Below, in pieces: positions 1 to 12,248 of a stretch of 64,000 nt of DNA. Each line of letters opens with the position of its first letter. Position 1 is the first letter of the stretch. The DNA is taken from positions 1 through 64,000 of the forward strand of contig NIVC01003535.1 of assembly GCA_002269645.1 (NCBI GenBank). Reading direction: 5' to 3'. The position numbers and the translations under genes are program-made. A model generated the notes under the pieces. The model made no database searches. It had not been told where the DNA came from and saw only the letters and a list, made by a program, of their open reading frames with translations. The stretch is from Macrostomum lignano (lineage: Eukaryota).

Positions 1-318
1 CTGTCTGTGATTAGTTGTTTAATTTTCTATTGTTGACTGTCTTGATTAGTTGTTAATTGTCTATTGTTGACTGTCTGTGATTAGTTGTTAATTGTCTATT
101 GTTGACTGTCTGTGATTAGTTGTTAATTGCCTATTGTTGACTGTCTGTGATTAGTTGTTAATTGTCTATTGTTGACTGTCTGTGATTAGTTGTTAATTGT
201 CTATTGTTGACTGTCTGTGATTAGTTGTTAATTGTCTATTGTTGACTGTCTGTGATTAGTTGTTAATTGCCTATTGTTGACTGTCTGTGATTAGTTGCTT
301 AATTGTCTATTGTTGACA
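1..318. repeat. 35-bp tandem minisatellite, ~9 copies, truncated by the window start
   Basis: Unit CTGTCTGTGATTAGTTGTTAATTGTCTATTGTTGA recurs with period 35 (e.g. 71, 106, 141). Confidence 0.95.
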
Positions 319-749
319 ATGTTGACATGATTGTCTTTGTCTCTGGTCTATTATTGATTATAGTTGACTGGCCCGTTTCTCAAGGTTCTGTGAGGATTTT
401 TTGGTTGGTCATTCGGCCGTCTTCTCCGAACGATTTAAAATAACCATGGAATAAAACCACTCTAAAGCAACTATGAAAAGCAACACAATGAAATGAAAAT
501 ATCCCTGAATTGCCTAATGGTCTAATGGCATGAACGAATGGCATGGTTCATGGTTTTTTACAAGATTTAACAAGTTGAGCAACCAGCTCCTCACCAAATC
601 AAGGGGCAATATTTCTCTATTAGTTTGAGGCCTGACAAGATACTAAAATGAAATGACTGAGAAACCCGTTGCTGCTGAACTTTGGCGAAGAGAAACGAAT
701 GAAAGCTGAGAGTCTACGAGCGGAGCTAGCAGCGATCTCTCATCAGCTT

Positions 750-1761
750 TTATGGTTGTAGGCAGTCTCCGAGGCTGTACCGACTGTTGCTGCAGTTGTT
801 CAGCCGAGGGCTGCCATCCCGCGAAGCGACTGACGCAGCTGCGGTTGCCCCGCCGACGTCGCCAGGTGGAAAATCTCTGGCCGGATCGGCCGAGTGGTCG
901 CTGATGACGACCGGCCGCTGCTGGAGATGAAGGAGGCCCACGAGACGAGTCCAGCGTCCCGGTGCTCGCGCCTCCGCCACCGCGCTCCCGTCGTCGTCAT
1001 CGTAGCTGTCATAGTCTGGCGGCGGATCGTCGTCGCGTTCTCAACCATGATTACGTGTGTCGGCCGTTGTGTTGACAACGGCGAAGGCTCTGTGAGTACG
1101 TTCGTCGGATTCGCAAATATCGGATCGGCGAATGTATGCGCCGGTGGGCGCTTTGGAGTCGGAGCGGAGGCGGGCTGCTCTGTTCGGCGCAACAGCACGT
1201 TGCCATGGCTACGGCTTATTGTGTCGTAGTCGCAAGGCGGGTGCAGCAGTGGCGCACCGCTTTTGTCCAGAAATCGCTGCCTTAATTCCTCCGTCACCCT
1301 GGAGCCAATCACTGCGTCGTGGCTGCTGCGGCTGCTGCGGCTGCTGTTGGCGGAGGAGGCGGCGGCGGCGGCGGCTGTTGCGGAGGAGGCGGCGGCGGCG
1401 GCGGCTGTTGCGGAGGAGGCGGCGGCGCGGCGGCTGTTGCGGAGGTGGCGGCGGGGGCTGCGGCGATGACGGCGGCGCCGCGCGATGACGGAGACTGAAG
1501 CAGGCGATGAAGGCCGGCTGTTGCCGCGACTCCCGTGGCCGCCGCCTCTGCTGCCCGGCTCGGGCCCCTCAGCTACAAAATAGCCGCTAGGCCTCGCCTC
1601 GCCTCGCTTGACCAGCTGCAGCTCCATCTCCCGCACAGAGTGCAGGTGCGCCGGGCTGGTCAGACAGCGGATCAGCCTGCCGGTGAACTCCGACACCGAC
1701 TCCAGGTTGAAGCCGCGCCACACGTGAGTGTGAATTGAACGGTTGGATTCTTCGTTAAAGC
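750..1761 (-). CDS. PTB/PID-domain adaptor-like protein, exon 2 (end of PTB domain plus low-complexity tail; probably several frameshifts, 3' end uncertain between 750 and 800)
   Basis: Acceptor TTTCCCAG| at 1762. G|GC TTT AAC continues in frame as FNEESNRSIHTHVWRGFNLESVSEFTGRLIRCL (PTB C-terminal strand/helix pattern) into ORF 800-1723, which later reads SRVTEELRQRFLDKSGAPLLHPPCDYDTISRSHGN. Confidence 0.7.
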
Positions 1762-1839
1762 CTGGGAAATATTAAGGAGTTAGTGACTGTTTTAGAGGCC
1801 GATTCAATGTGAAATCCGCCACAGAGCGGCTTGACCTAC

Positions 1840-2143
1840 CGAACAGGATGAGCGAGAACACAGGGGGTCGGTGTTGCCGTCCTCCTGCAGGGCGAATGTG
1901 ATGTCCTCCACTGGCACCGAAGGATAGCGGCCGCCGGTCCTGCGCCCGTCCTGTGATCCATCTCCCAGAGGCGCAGCTTGCGCTTGTCGATTCCAGCACG
2001 TGTCGCTTGAGCTGGTACCGCTGGCTGCCCCGTCTGGCCAGCATGTCGCGGACGATCGGCTCCACGAACTGCCTGCCGCAGAGACCGTCTGTCGGCTTCC
2101 AGCCAAGGTACTCTGCGCTGATGCTGAATGACGATGCGGCCAT
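1840..2143 (-). CDS. PTB/PID-domain adaptor-like protein, exon 1 (needs three single-base insertions to read as an intact PTB domain)
   Basis: ATG at 2143 gives MAASSFSISAEYLGWKPTDGLCGRQFVEPIVRDML, a PTB-like start. Segments IDKRKLRLWE and SVPVEDITFALQED lie in the other two frames. Donor G|GTAGGT at 1839 defines a 78-nt phase-1 intron (1762-1839) that joins exon 2 in frame. Confidence 0.7.
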
Positions 2144-3316
2144 GTTCAATTGCAAGTAATTGGGAGTTTTAAATTTGAATTTGAATTGCTATTATTATGT
2201 CAACAAAAGCAGATTGGTCTCAGCTGCATGTTTTCAATGCATATACAGTTGCAAACTTTCAGCGAGCGCAGTCAGAGTGCCAGAGCTCAAGAGTGCCCTG
2301 TTTTGTGATGCGTTTCCTCCGTAGCTTTAGACTGTGCGCCTTTTTATCTTTACCTTACTCTGGGTAAAGCTTTGAGAGCGCTGCTCAAGTGTGCCAGATT
2401 GTTTTGAGAGAGGCTGGGGCGGAGGGAGGTCGATGCATTCCATTTACCCACTAGCTGGGGACGGCAATGCAGAGGCCTTTGGTCTCCAACTCGCTGAGGC
2501 ACTGGCCTCATCATTCTCTCTCCTCTCTCAATACGGCTGGCTCTCTGCCTCTCTGCCTCATCATTGTCTCTTTACCCCCGGAGTTTCAATTGGACGGCAG
2601 TTGCTGTACAGCCGATGCAACCTTTGCCAGCTGTGCGAATGTAGGCGGCCGGCAAAAATGAAACGAAAATTTCCTTCTCACAATTTCCTGTGGCTAATGG
2701 TGAGCATAGATGCGTGCTGGGTAGGGGGGGGGGGGGGGCTGTGCTGGGAGGCGGTAAGGGCCGAGGCAAACTGCTACCAGTCTAAGTGGCTTTTCTTGAA
2801 CAGTGCGCCAGATTGCTAAGCACTGCTTTCCTGTGCTTTCCGGCTCTGGCCTTGTTGCTCGGTCTCTGCATGCTTGCATTAAAAAACTGCTTTTAAATAA
2901 ACAGCCTGTCATTATACTCCAACTTCGATTCGACAAAATTGTCTCAGTAGGCTGATGGACGCCGTGTGGCAATAAAAATGTATGAATTTCTCATGTAGTC
3001 TGTGCTTGACTCGTTTTAACTCTGGTGATTCTGGTCCATCACTGGTGATTAAGAATTAACCATTGGTTCCACATAGCAGCTCATAGGAAATAGTCATTAA
3101 GTGTTAAAGATTTTTTTAAGCTAGGGTTTAATTTCTCCAGAGCAAGTTTTGCGTTATTGGCACGTCTGCCTTCTGCCACAATACGATGCATTCTTTTGTG
3201 CCGCGCCAAGCGTTTTGACGGCCTGAAGTTTCAAATTGAAAAGGCGATAAAATTGCTATCATAAAATTTTATCGTTATTTACCACGAATAGACTGAAGTT
3301 AAGCAGCTAAGTGTAA

Positions 3317-3339
3317 TCTCTACCTATAAAAATCAAAAC

Positions 3340-3372
<33 letters not shown>

Positions 3373-5365
3373 GGACAATTACTTCGCTATGGACTCCCAA
3401 ACCGCTCAACCAAATGACACCAAACTTTACACCCACCCTAAACTTACTACGGAGAATGTCTTAGGCTACCTTTTAATTTCCTAGACTCAAGTCTTCCTAC
3501 CTAAAAGTACAAAAAACTGCTCAAAATGCGCGATTTTTTCACTAAATCCTCCATAGCGCCGCTCCACTTCTACCGATTCTCTTCAAATTTGACACAGGCA
3601 ATTTTCAACTATTTTGACACAATCGTGTAAAATTTCGATCTCAAAGTTAATCCTGAAAGCGCTGTGCACTTTTAAAGTTAGGCTGTTTTTTTCAGCGAGC
3701 AGCCACCCCAACCTCCGCCCGCCTGCCTCTCTTTCCCGATCTGGGCCCAGATGTGTAAAAGGGTTTCAAAATTGACTAACTTTCAGCTGCCATAAGTTTG
3801 CTCCACGTAAGCGACTTCAAACTTGACACAATTCTTCATTGATTCATTCTCTGTCTAAATGTAAAGTTTCAACTCTGTAACTCAACAGAAAAGAAACTGT
3901 AAGCATGTGAAGTTTGTCTGCTTTTTCTGTTGTTTGTGCCACTCACTCACTCATTCCCCCAGAGCCAGACGAAGGGTCAGGCGATAGGACTGAATGTACA
4001 TAGCAAATGTACAGTGTTTTGGAATAACTTTATTTATAGCCTTCTCTGCACCCCGAGAGTGGAGAGGCTACGTTTAGCCATAACAGTTTAGTGAGAAATT
4101 CTAACCACTGCCCTCCCCTCTGTATTGGCAAACTCTGCAGCAGTTTAACAGTGGATGGCAATTGGCAAATCGAGGGAATCCAGCAAAGCGAAAGCGATGC
4201 GGTTTGTAAAAGCGAAAGATTTATGAAAAGGAGATGCGATGCAATGCACAATGCAATACAACCCTACTAAATTAGGCACACCATGGAAATTTTAGGTTTC
4301 TTTTAAAAGTACTGTGTAAATTTAAATGGCCTCCTAAGAAATGCGTATTTCCTTGGTTGTTAGACTGATGCAGACTGCAGTGGAGCTGAAGATACACAAA
4401 TTCCTTTCAGGGCTGCAAATTGGCAAGAAAGATGACGTGATCAAAGCATGAGAATAACGATGAGAGTAGTACGTCCCACAAACTGGCTTTCGAAGCAGGA
4501 TCGGCAGACTTTTACTTCAAAAGCCAGATAAAGAATCCAGCTTATGTGCGGGCCAGATGAGAGTGGAAAGGAAAGGAATAGACTATTAGAAGAGAGGAGA
4601 GGCGGACGGGGATAAGAGAAAACATGGAAGATAAGAGGAGAGACAAGTGGTGAGGAGAGAGCAGAGAAGAAGGGAGGAAGAAGCGAGAGGAGGGGAGAAA
4701 GGAGGGAGAGGAAAGAGTAAAGGTGAGAAGAGGGGAGAGATGAGACAGAGGATCGATGAGAGGAGAGTAAGAAGAGTGAGAAGAGAGTAGAGATGAGAGA
4801 GCAGAAAGAAGATGACAGAGGGTCAAGAGGAGAGGAGAGATTAGAGAGGAGAGAGTAGAAAGGATAGAGAAGAGAGGAGATAAGAGGGGGAGAGAGGAGT
4901 GAGAAGAGAAGAGATAGAGATAAGAGAGGGGTGTAAGAAGAGGGGAGAAAGGAGAGATGAGATTGTAGAGATGAGACAGATTAAAGGAGAGATGAGAGAG
5001 TAAAGATGAGAGATGAAAAAGGTGAGAGGAGAGTGCAGAGAGACGAGAGAAGATAATAGAGGAGAGAGAGTATAGAAGAGGGAAGAGAAAAGAGAGAGGA
5101 GTAAGGAAAGAGAGGAGTCAGAAGAGGTGAAAGAGAAGAGTACAGAGGAGATAAGTGAGAGAACGTATAAGAGAGTAAAGATGACAGATGAGAGAGCAGG
5201 ATGAGGGTGAACAGACGAGAGATGGGAGAGTAGAGAGAACAGAGGAGAGATAAGAGAGAAGAGATTACAGAGACTAGAGGAGAGAGGAGAGACAGGGAGA
5301 GAGAAGAGGAAATATGAGAAGAAGAGGGAGAGAGTAGAGAGGAGAAGAGAGATGGGAGAGGAGAG

Positions 5366-5459
<94 letters not shown>

Positions 5460-6298
5460 AGAGCAGAGCAGAGAGAAACGAGAAGAGATAAGAGAGAAAA
5501 GATAAAAGAAGAGAAAGAAGAGATGAAAACGCAGACGAGAGAAGTGAGGGAAGAGACGAGCGACGAGGGAGAGAGGAGAGAGAGAGAGGAAAGAGTAGAG
5601 AGGAGAGATGAGAGAGTAGAGAAGAGAGTTAAGAGAAGAGAGAAAAGAATAGAGAGGAGAAGGAAGAGACGAGAAAAGAGGGGAGAGAGGAGAGAGGAGA
5701 GGAGAGAGAAAGAAGAGGGAAGAGATGAGATAAAGATATGAAAGAGAAGAGATAAGGAAGATACGAAAGAAGATAGGAGAGAAGAGAGGAGAGAGAAAAC
5801 GAAAGAGTAGAGAGGAGAGAGGAGAGGAGAGAGAAGACGAAAAGTAGAGAGGAGAGAGAGAGGAAAGAGGAGAGAGAAGAGACAAGATATGAGATAAGAG
5901 AGATGAAAGAGAAGAGAGATGAGGGAAGATACGAGAGAAGAGAGAGGAGAGAGGAGAGACGAGGGACGAGAGAGAAGAGAGGAAACAGAAGAGACGATAG
6001 AAATTTTAAAGGATCTAAGGGACGTAGGGAGAGTCAGGGAGAGGCCAGAGTTTGCCAATACATGTTTTAGAGTCAGACAGACATTGCCTGACATTCTTCG
6101 GAGTACCCAGCCAACAATATCAATGTTTGCCTCAAACCCTAATTTTACACGAATGTGCTCCATTTTATGTCTACCTCTATCCTACGAACTATTAACAAGT
6201 TTTTGTTTGTTTATGGCCTTAGATTTCAGAATACATGCAAAAGTAGTTCCGGGGATTGGAATTCCCCGGGTTCAAAATCCGCGGGTTTCAACAGCTTG
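3317..6298 (+). mobile_element. Helitron-like unit 1 (2982 bp)
   Basis: TC start at 3317; ~1.2 kb conserved body; GA tract ~4560-6000; hairpin 6249-6269; CTTG end at 6298. Confidence 0.8.
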
Positions 6299-6321
6299 TC
6301 TCTACCTATAAAAATCAAAAC

Positions 6322-6354
<33 letters not shown>

Positions 6355-7834
6355 GGACAAATTACTTCGCTATGGACTCCCAAACCGCTCAACCAAATGA
6401 CACCAAACTTTACACCCACCCTAAACTTACTACGGAGAATGTCTTAGGCTACCTTTTAATTTCCTAGACTCAAGTCTTCCTACCTAAAAGTACAAAAAAC
6501 TGCTCAAAATGCGCGATTTTTTCACTAAATCCTCCATAGCGCCGCTCCACTTCTACCGATTCTCTTCAAATTTGACACAGGCAATTTTCAACTATTTTGA
6601 CACAATCGTGTAAAATTTCGAGTCTCAAAGTTAATCCTGAGCGGTGCTGTGCACTTTTAAAGTTAGGCTGTTTTTTTCAGCGTAGCAACCACCCCAACCT
6701 CCGCCCGCCTGCCTCTCTTTCCCGATCTGGGCCCAGATGTGTAAAAGGGTTTCAAAATTGACTAACTTTCAGCTGCCATAAGTTTGCTCCACGTAAAGCG
6801 ATTGACTTCAAACTTCACACAATTCTTCATTGACTCATTCTCTGTCTAAATGTAAAGTTTCAACTCTGTAACTCAACCGAAAAAGAAACTGTAAGCATGT
6901 GAAGTTTGTCTGCTTTTTCTGTTGTTTGCCGCTCATCCAACTCATTCCCCCAGACGAAGGATCAGGCGATAGGGCTCAATGTACATAGCGAATGTACAGT
7001 GTTTTGGAATAACTTTTTAATAGCCTTCTCTGTACCCCGCGAGTGGAGAGGCGTGGAGAGGAGAGAGTTTAGCGAGAGATTCAATTTCAAACCACTGTCC
7101 TCTGAATAGACAAGTCTGCAGCAGTTAAACAAGGATGGCAAACCAAGGCGATGTGGGATGGTTTGTAAAAATATCGAAAAATTAATGAATAACTGATTAC
7201 AATGCAATCCTACTAAATTAGTTACACCATGAAGCTTTTAACATTAAGTTTCGCATAGGGTAACTTTAAAATTTAAATGACTCCTAAGAAATGCGCATTT
7301 CCTTGGTTGTTAGACTGCTGCAGAGTGCAGACTGTGGTGGTGGAGCTGGAGATACACAAATTCCTCTCAGGGCTGCTAATTGGCCAGAAAGGTGACGTGA
7401 TTAAAGCATGAGAAATGATAACCATAATAGTACCGTCCCACAAACTGGCTTTCGAAGCAGGGATCGGTAGATTTTAACTCAAAGGCCAGATAAAGAATCC
7501 AACTCATGGCTGCGGGCCATATGAGAGTGAAAAAGAAAAGGAATAGACTATTAGAAAGGGAGGAGGGGCGAGAGGGGGGTAAGAGAGAATATATTAATAT
7601 AACAGGAGAGACGAGTGGGGTGAGGACGAGGAGAGAGCAGAGAATATGGAGGAGGAGGGGAGACAGGAGGGAGAGGAAAGAGTAGAGGAGAGAAGAGGAA
7701 GAGAGAAGAGGGGAGAGATGAGACAGAGGATCGATGAGAGAGGAGAGTAGAGAAGAGTGAGAAGAGAATAGAGAACAGAGAGGAGATAGGAGGGGAGAGA
7801 GAGGTAGAGAGGAGTGAGAAGAGAGAAGATAAAA

Positions 7835-7900
<66 letters not shown>

Positions 7901-9127
7901 TGAGAAAGAAGAGAGGAGAAAGGAGAGATGATAGAGTAAAGGGAAGAAGAGGAGATAGGAAATAGATGAGATTGTGGAGATGAGAGAGATGAAAGGAAAG
8001 ATGAGAGAGTAGAGATGAGAGATGAAGGAAGAGAGAGCAGAGTGCAGAGACAAGAGAAGAGAATAGAGGGGAGAGAGTATAGAAGAGGGAAGAGAAGAGG
8101 AGTAAGAAGAGGGGATTCAGTAGAGGGGAAAGAGAAGTGTACACAGGAGAGTGGAGAGTAAAGATGACAGAAGAGAGAGGGGGTAGAGAGCAAAGATGAG
8201 AGTGAACGCGAAATATGAGAGGAGAGAGGAGAGTGAAGAGAGAAGAGAGAAGACAAGAGAGGGAGATAATAGAAGAGGGAAGAGAAGAGAAGGGAAAAAG
8301 GAGAAAGGAAAAAGAGGAGTCAAAAGAGGGGAAGAGAAGAGTACAGATGAGAGAGGTGAGAAAACATACGAGTATAAGAGAGTAAAGATGGCAGATGAGA
8401 GAGGGGAGATGAGAGACCAGAGACGAGAGTGAACAGACGAGAGATGGGAGAGTGGAGAGAAAAAAGGATAGAAATAAGAGATGAGAGGTGAGACAAGGGA
8501 GAGAGAAGTGAGTGAGGAGAGAGGAGGAGAGGGGAGAGAACCGAGAGGACAGGGGAAAGAGGAGAAAGGACGAGAGAGGAGAGGAAACAGGGGAGAGATT
8601 AGAGGAGAAAGAGAGATGGGCCAGGAGAGAGCAGAGAGCTGCAGATGAGAGGAGAGAGGAGACAGCAGAGAGGAGAGCAGAGAGGAAACAGGTGAAAGAA
8701 GAGATGAGAGAGTAAAGGGAAGAGAGAAGAGATAAAGATACATCTCTACATCTCTAAGGTTGTAGAGATGAGAGATGTGGAAGGAGAGATGAGAAATGAG
8801 AGATGAGAGATAACGGAGAGAGGAGAGTGGAGTGAGAGAAGAGAGGGAGACAGAGTATAGAAAAGGGAAGAGAAGAGAAAAGAAGAAAGGAGAAAGGAAA
8901 GTGAGGAGTCAAAAGAGGGGGAAGAAAAGAGTACAGAGGAGAGAGGTGAGAGAACATATAAGATAGAGATGCCAGATTAAAGAGGGGGGTGAGAGAGCAG
9001 AGACGAGAGTGAACAGATAAAAGATGAGAGAGTAGAAAGAACAGAGGAGAGGTTACAGAGATGAGAGGAGAGAGGAGAGGAAAGAGGAGAATGGAGAGGG
9101 AGAGAGTAGAGAGAGGAGGAGAGATAA

Positions 9128-9216
<89 letters not shown>

Positions 9217-9879
9217 AGCAGAGAGAAATGAGAAGAGATAAGAGAGAAAAGATAAAAGAAGAGAAAGGAAAGATGAGAGAGCAAAGACGAGAGAGAAAAG
9301 AGGTGAGGGAAGAGACGAGAGAAGAGGGGAGAGATGAGAGAGTAGAGGAGAGAGTTAAGAGAAGAGAGAAAAGAATAGAAAGGAGAAGGAAGATAAGAGA
9401 GAAGAGGGGGTGAGAGGAGAGAGGAGAGGGGGAGAGAGGAGAGAGGAGAGGAGAGAGAAAAGAAGAGACAAGAGATGAGATAAGAGAGATGAAAGAGAAG
9501 AGAGATGAGGGAAGATACGAGAGAAGAGGGGAGAGAGGAGAGAGGAGAGATGAGGGACGAGAGAGATGAGAGGAAACAAAGAGACGATAGAAATTTTAAA
9601 AGATCCAAGGGACGTAGGGAGAGTCAGGGAGAGACCAGAGTTTAGCAATATATGTTTTAGAGTCAGACAGACATTGCCTGACATTCTGCGCAGTACCCCA
9701 GCCAACAATGTCTCAGACCCTAATTTTACACGAATGCGCTCCATTTTATGTCTACCTCTATCCTACGAACTATTAACAAGTTTTTGTTTGTTTATGACCT
9801 TAGATTTCAGAATACATGCAAAAATAGTTCCAGGGATTGGAATTCCCCGGGTTCAAAATCCGCGGGTTTCAACAGCTTG
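6299..9879 (+). mobile_element. Helitron-like unit 2 (3581 bp)
   Basis: Junction CTTG|TC at 6298|6299; shares diagnostic variants with unit 5. Confidence 0.8.
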
Positions 9880-11181
9880 TCTATACCTATAAAAACCAAA
9901 ACTCTGTCTGTCTGTCTGTCTGTGGACAAATTACTTCGCTATGGACTCCCAAACCGCTCAACCAAATTACACCAAACTTTACACCCACCCTAAACTCACT
10001 ACGGAGAATGTCTTAGGCTACCTTTAAATTTCCTAGACTTAAGTCTTCCTACCTAAAAGTACAAAAAACTGCTCAAAATGCGCGATTTTTTCACTAAATC
10101 CTCCATAGCGCCGCTCCACTTCTACCGATTCTCTTCAAATTTGACACAGATAATCTTAAACTATTTTGGCACAACCATGTAAAATTTCGAGTCTCAAAGT
10201 TAATCCTGAGCGGTGCTGTGCACTTTTAAAATTAGGCTGTTTTTTTTCAGCGTAGCAACCACCCCAACCTCCGTCCGCCTGCTTCTCTTTCCCGATCTGG
10301 GCCCAGATGTGTAAAAGGGGTTTCAAAATTGACTAACTTTCAGCTGCTATAAGTTTGCTCCACATAAAGCGATTGACTTCAAACTTGACACAATTCTTTA
10401 TTGACTCATTCTCTGTCTAAATGTAGCTCAATCAGGACAGAAACTGTAAGCATGTGAAGTTTGTCTGCTTTTTCTGTTGTCTGTGCCACTCACTCACTCA
10501 TTCCCCCAGCCCAGACGAAGGGTCAGGCGATAGGGCTGAATGTACATAGCAAATGTACAGTGTTTTGGAATAACTTTTTAATAGCCTTCTCTGTACCCCC
10601 GCGCGTGGAGAGGCTACGTTTAGCCATGACAGTTTAGTGAGAAATTCTAACCACTGTTTTCTGTATTGGCAAACTCTGCAGCAGTTTAACAGTGGATGGC
10701 AAATCGAGGGAATCCAGCATGGTTTGTAAAAGCGAAAGATTTATGAAAAGGCGATGCAATGCAATACAACCCTACTAAATTAGTCACACCATGGAAATTT
10801 TAGGCTTCTCTTAAAAGTACTTTAAATTTTAAATGTCCTCCTAAGAAATGCGTATTTCCTTGGTTGTTAGACTAATGCAGACTGCAGTGGAGCTGAAAAT
10901 ACACAAATTCCTTTCAGGACTGCAAATTGGCAAGAAAGATGACATGATCAAAGCATGAGAACAGCCATGAGAGTACTACGTCCCACAAACTGGCTTTCCA
11001 AGCAGGAATGGGCAGACTTTTACATCAAAAGCCAGATAAAAAATCCAGTATCCAGCTTATGTGCGGGCCAGATGAGAGTGGAAAGGAGAAGGAATAGACT
11101 ATTAGAAGAGAGGAGAGGCGAGAGGGGGATATGAGAAAACATGGAATATAAGAGGAGAGACAAGTGGTGAGGAGAGAGCAG

Positions 11182-11372
11182 TGTGAGTTTTGGTGTTCGT
11201 TGTGTTGGCTGTTTTGGGGGTTGGCCTGCGCTGGGGGGTTGGGCACGCTTTTATTCACCTGAACCTATATCGATCGGAATGTACGCGCGTACATAGTGAA
11301 TGACAAATATATATATCGACTAACTTGGCCTTTGAGCCCTCGTACTGATTTTCTCGCAATTCTGGTCTTACA
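11182..11372 (+). repeat. 5' LTR (191 bp)
   Basis: TGTGAG...CTTACA; matches 15959-16167. Confidence 0.96.
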
Positions 11373-11373
11373 C

Positions 11374-11384
11374 TGGTGGCAGCG
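11374..11384 (+). promoter_or_regulatory. Primer-binding site, probably tRNA-Leu
   Basis: TGGTGGCAGCG starts 1 nt after the LTR and is complementary to the CGCTGCCA-CCA 3' end of eukaryotic tRNA-Leu. Confidence 0.8.
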
Positions 11385-11411
11385 AAGCCCAATTCAAGTT
11401 GGCAGATCAGA

Positions 11412-12248
11412 ATGGAAGAGCGAGATGAGAAGAGCAACGACGCCAGTTTGCTACCGCCCAAGTTTAGTGGCCAATCAAACGTGCACTTTTGGCTGAGCAT
11501 CTTTGAAGACTTCGCCGAAGACAAGAATTGGGACGATGCAAAGCGTGCCTCCAAAGTGAAGCTCCTGCTGAGAGGGGAGGCCCAGGTCTGTGTTTGGGAC
11601 ATGTCAGATGCCGATAAAAAGAGTTATGAGAAAATCAAGGCACTTCTTCTCCAGCAGTACGGCGGCTCTGCCAATCAGCACCGCGCCATGCAGGAGTTCC
11701 AAGGTCGACAACGCAAGAATGGCGAGTCAATCAGGGAGCTCTCATTCGCTCTCAGGCTGCTGTACATGGGAGCCCGCCCGGATGACCCATCAACGCTCCG
11801 TGATCGGGAGGTCAAGTTTAGAATTATCCAGCTATTAAGCGCAGGGATACGCGAAGCCCTGCTCAAGGAGAGCGACTCGGATACATGCACGCTGGGCACG
11901 CTGGTCGAGAGAGCCACCAGACTGGAGCAGGTGATGAGCAAGAACACGCCCGCAAGTTCGTCTATGGTCTCCGTGGTTGACGACCGGCTGTCCCGACTCG
12001 AGCAGCAGCTGGAGACACTGACAGCTGCCGTGACAAGCGGCGCCGCTAGAGGAGGCCGCGCTGGACCAGGTGACCGTCGGCAGGCCCAGAGAACATCCGG
12101 TTGCTACCAGTGCGGCAAAGACGGTCACATCGCGCGCAGATGTCCAACTAAAGGTGCCCACAAGCAAGGTCGGTGCTTCAACTGCTCCGGTTGGGGCCAC
12201 AATGCAGCGGTCTGCCCAAGTAAAGCCCGGCCGGCGGGAAACTTCTGA
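11412..12248 (+). CDS. gag: Gag with two CCHC zinc knuckles
   Basis: ORF 11376-12248, first ATG at 11412; CYQCGKDGHIARRC and CFNCSGWGHNAAVC. Confidence 0.93.
   Translation: MEERDEKSNDASLLPPKFSGQSNVHFWLSIFEDFAEDKNWDDAKRASKVKLLLRGEAQVCVWDMSDADKKSYEKIKALLLQQYGGSANQHRAMQEFQGRQRKNGESIRELSFALRLLYMGARPDDPSTLRDREVKFRIIQLLSAGIREALLKESDSDTCTLGTLVERATRLEQVMSKNTPASSSMVSVVDDRLSRLEQQLETLTAAVTSGAARGGRAGPGDRRQAQRTSGCYQCGKDGHIARRCPTKGAHKQGRCFNCSGWGHNAAVCPSKARPAGNF

Noticed and set aside
5919-6311. ORF ETIEILKDxRDVGRVRERPEF... recurring at the 3' end of several Helitron units
   Set aside because: It recurs only because the units are homologous. It is broken at different points in different units, runs across the element junction, and has no Rep/helicase motifs.
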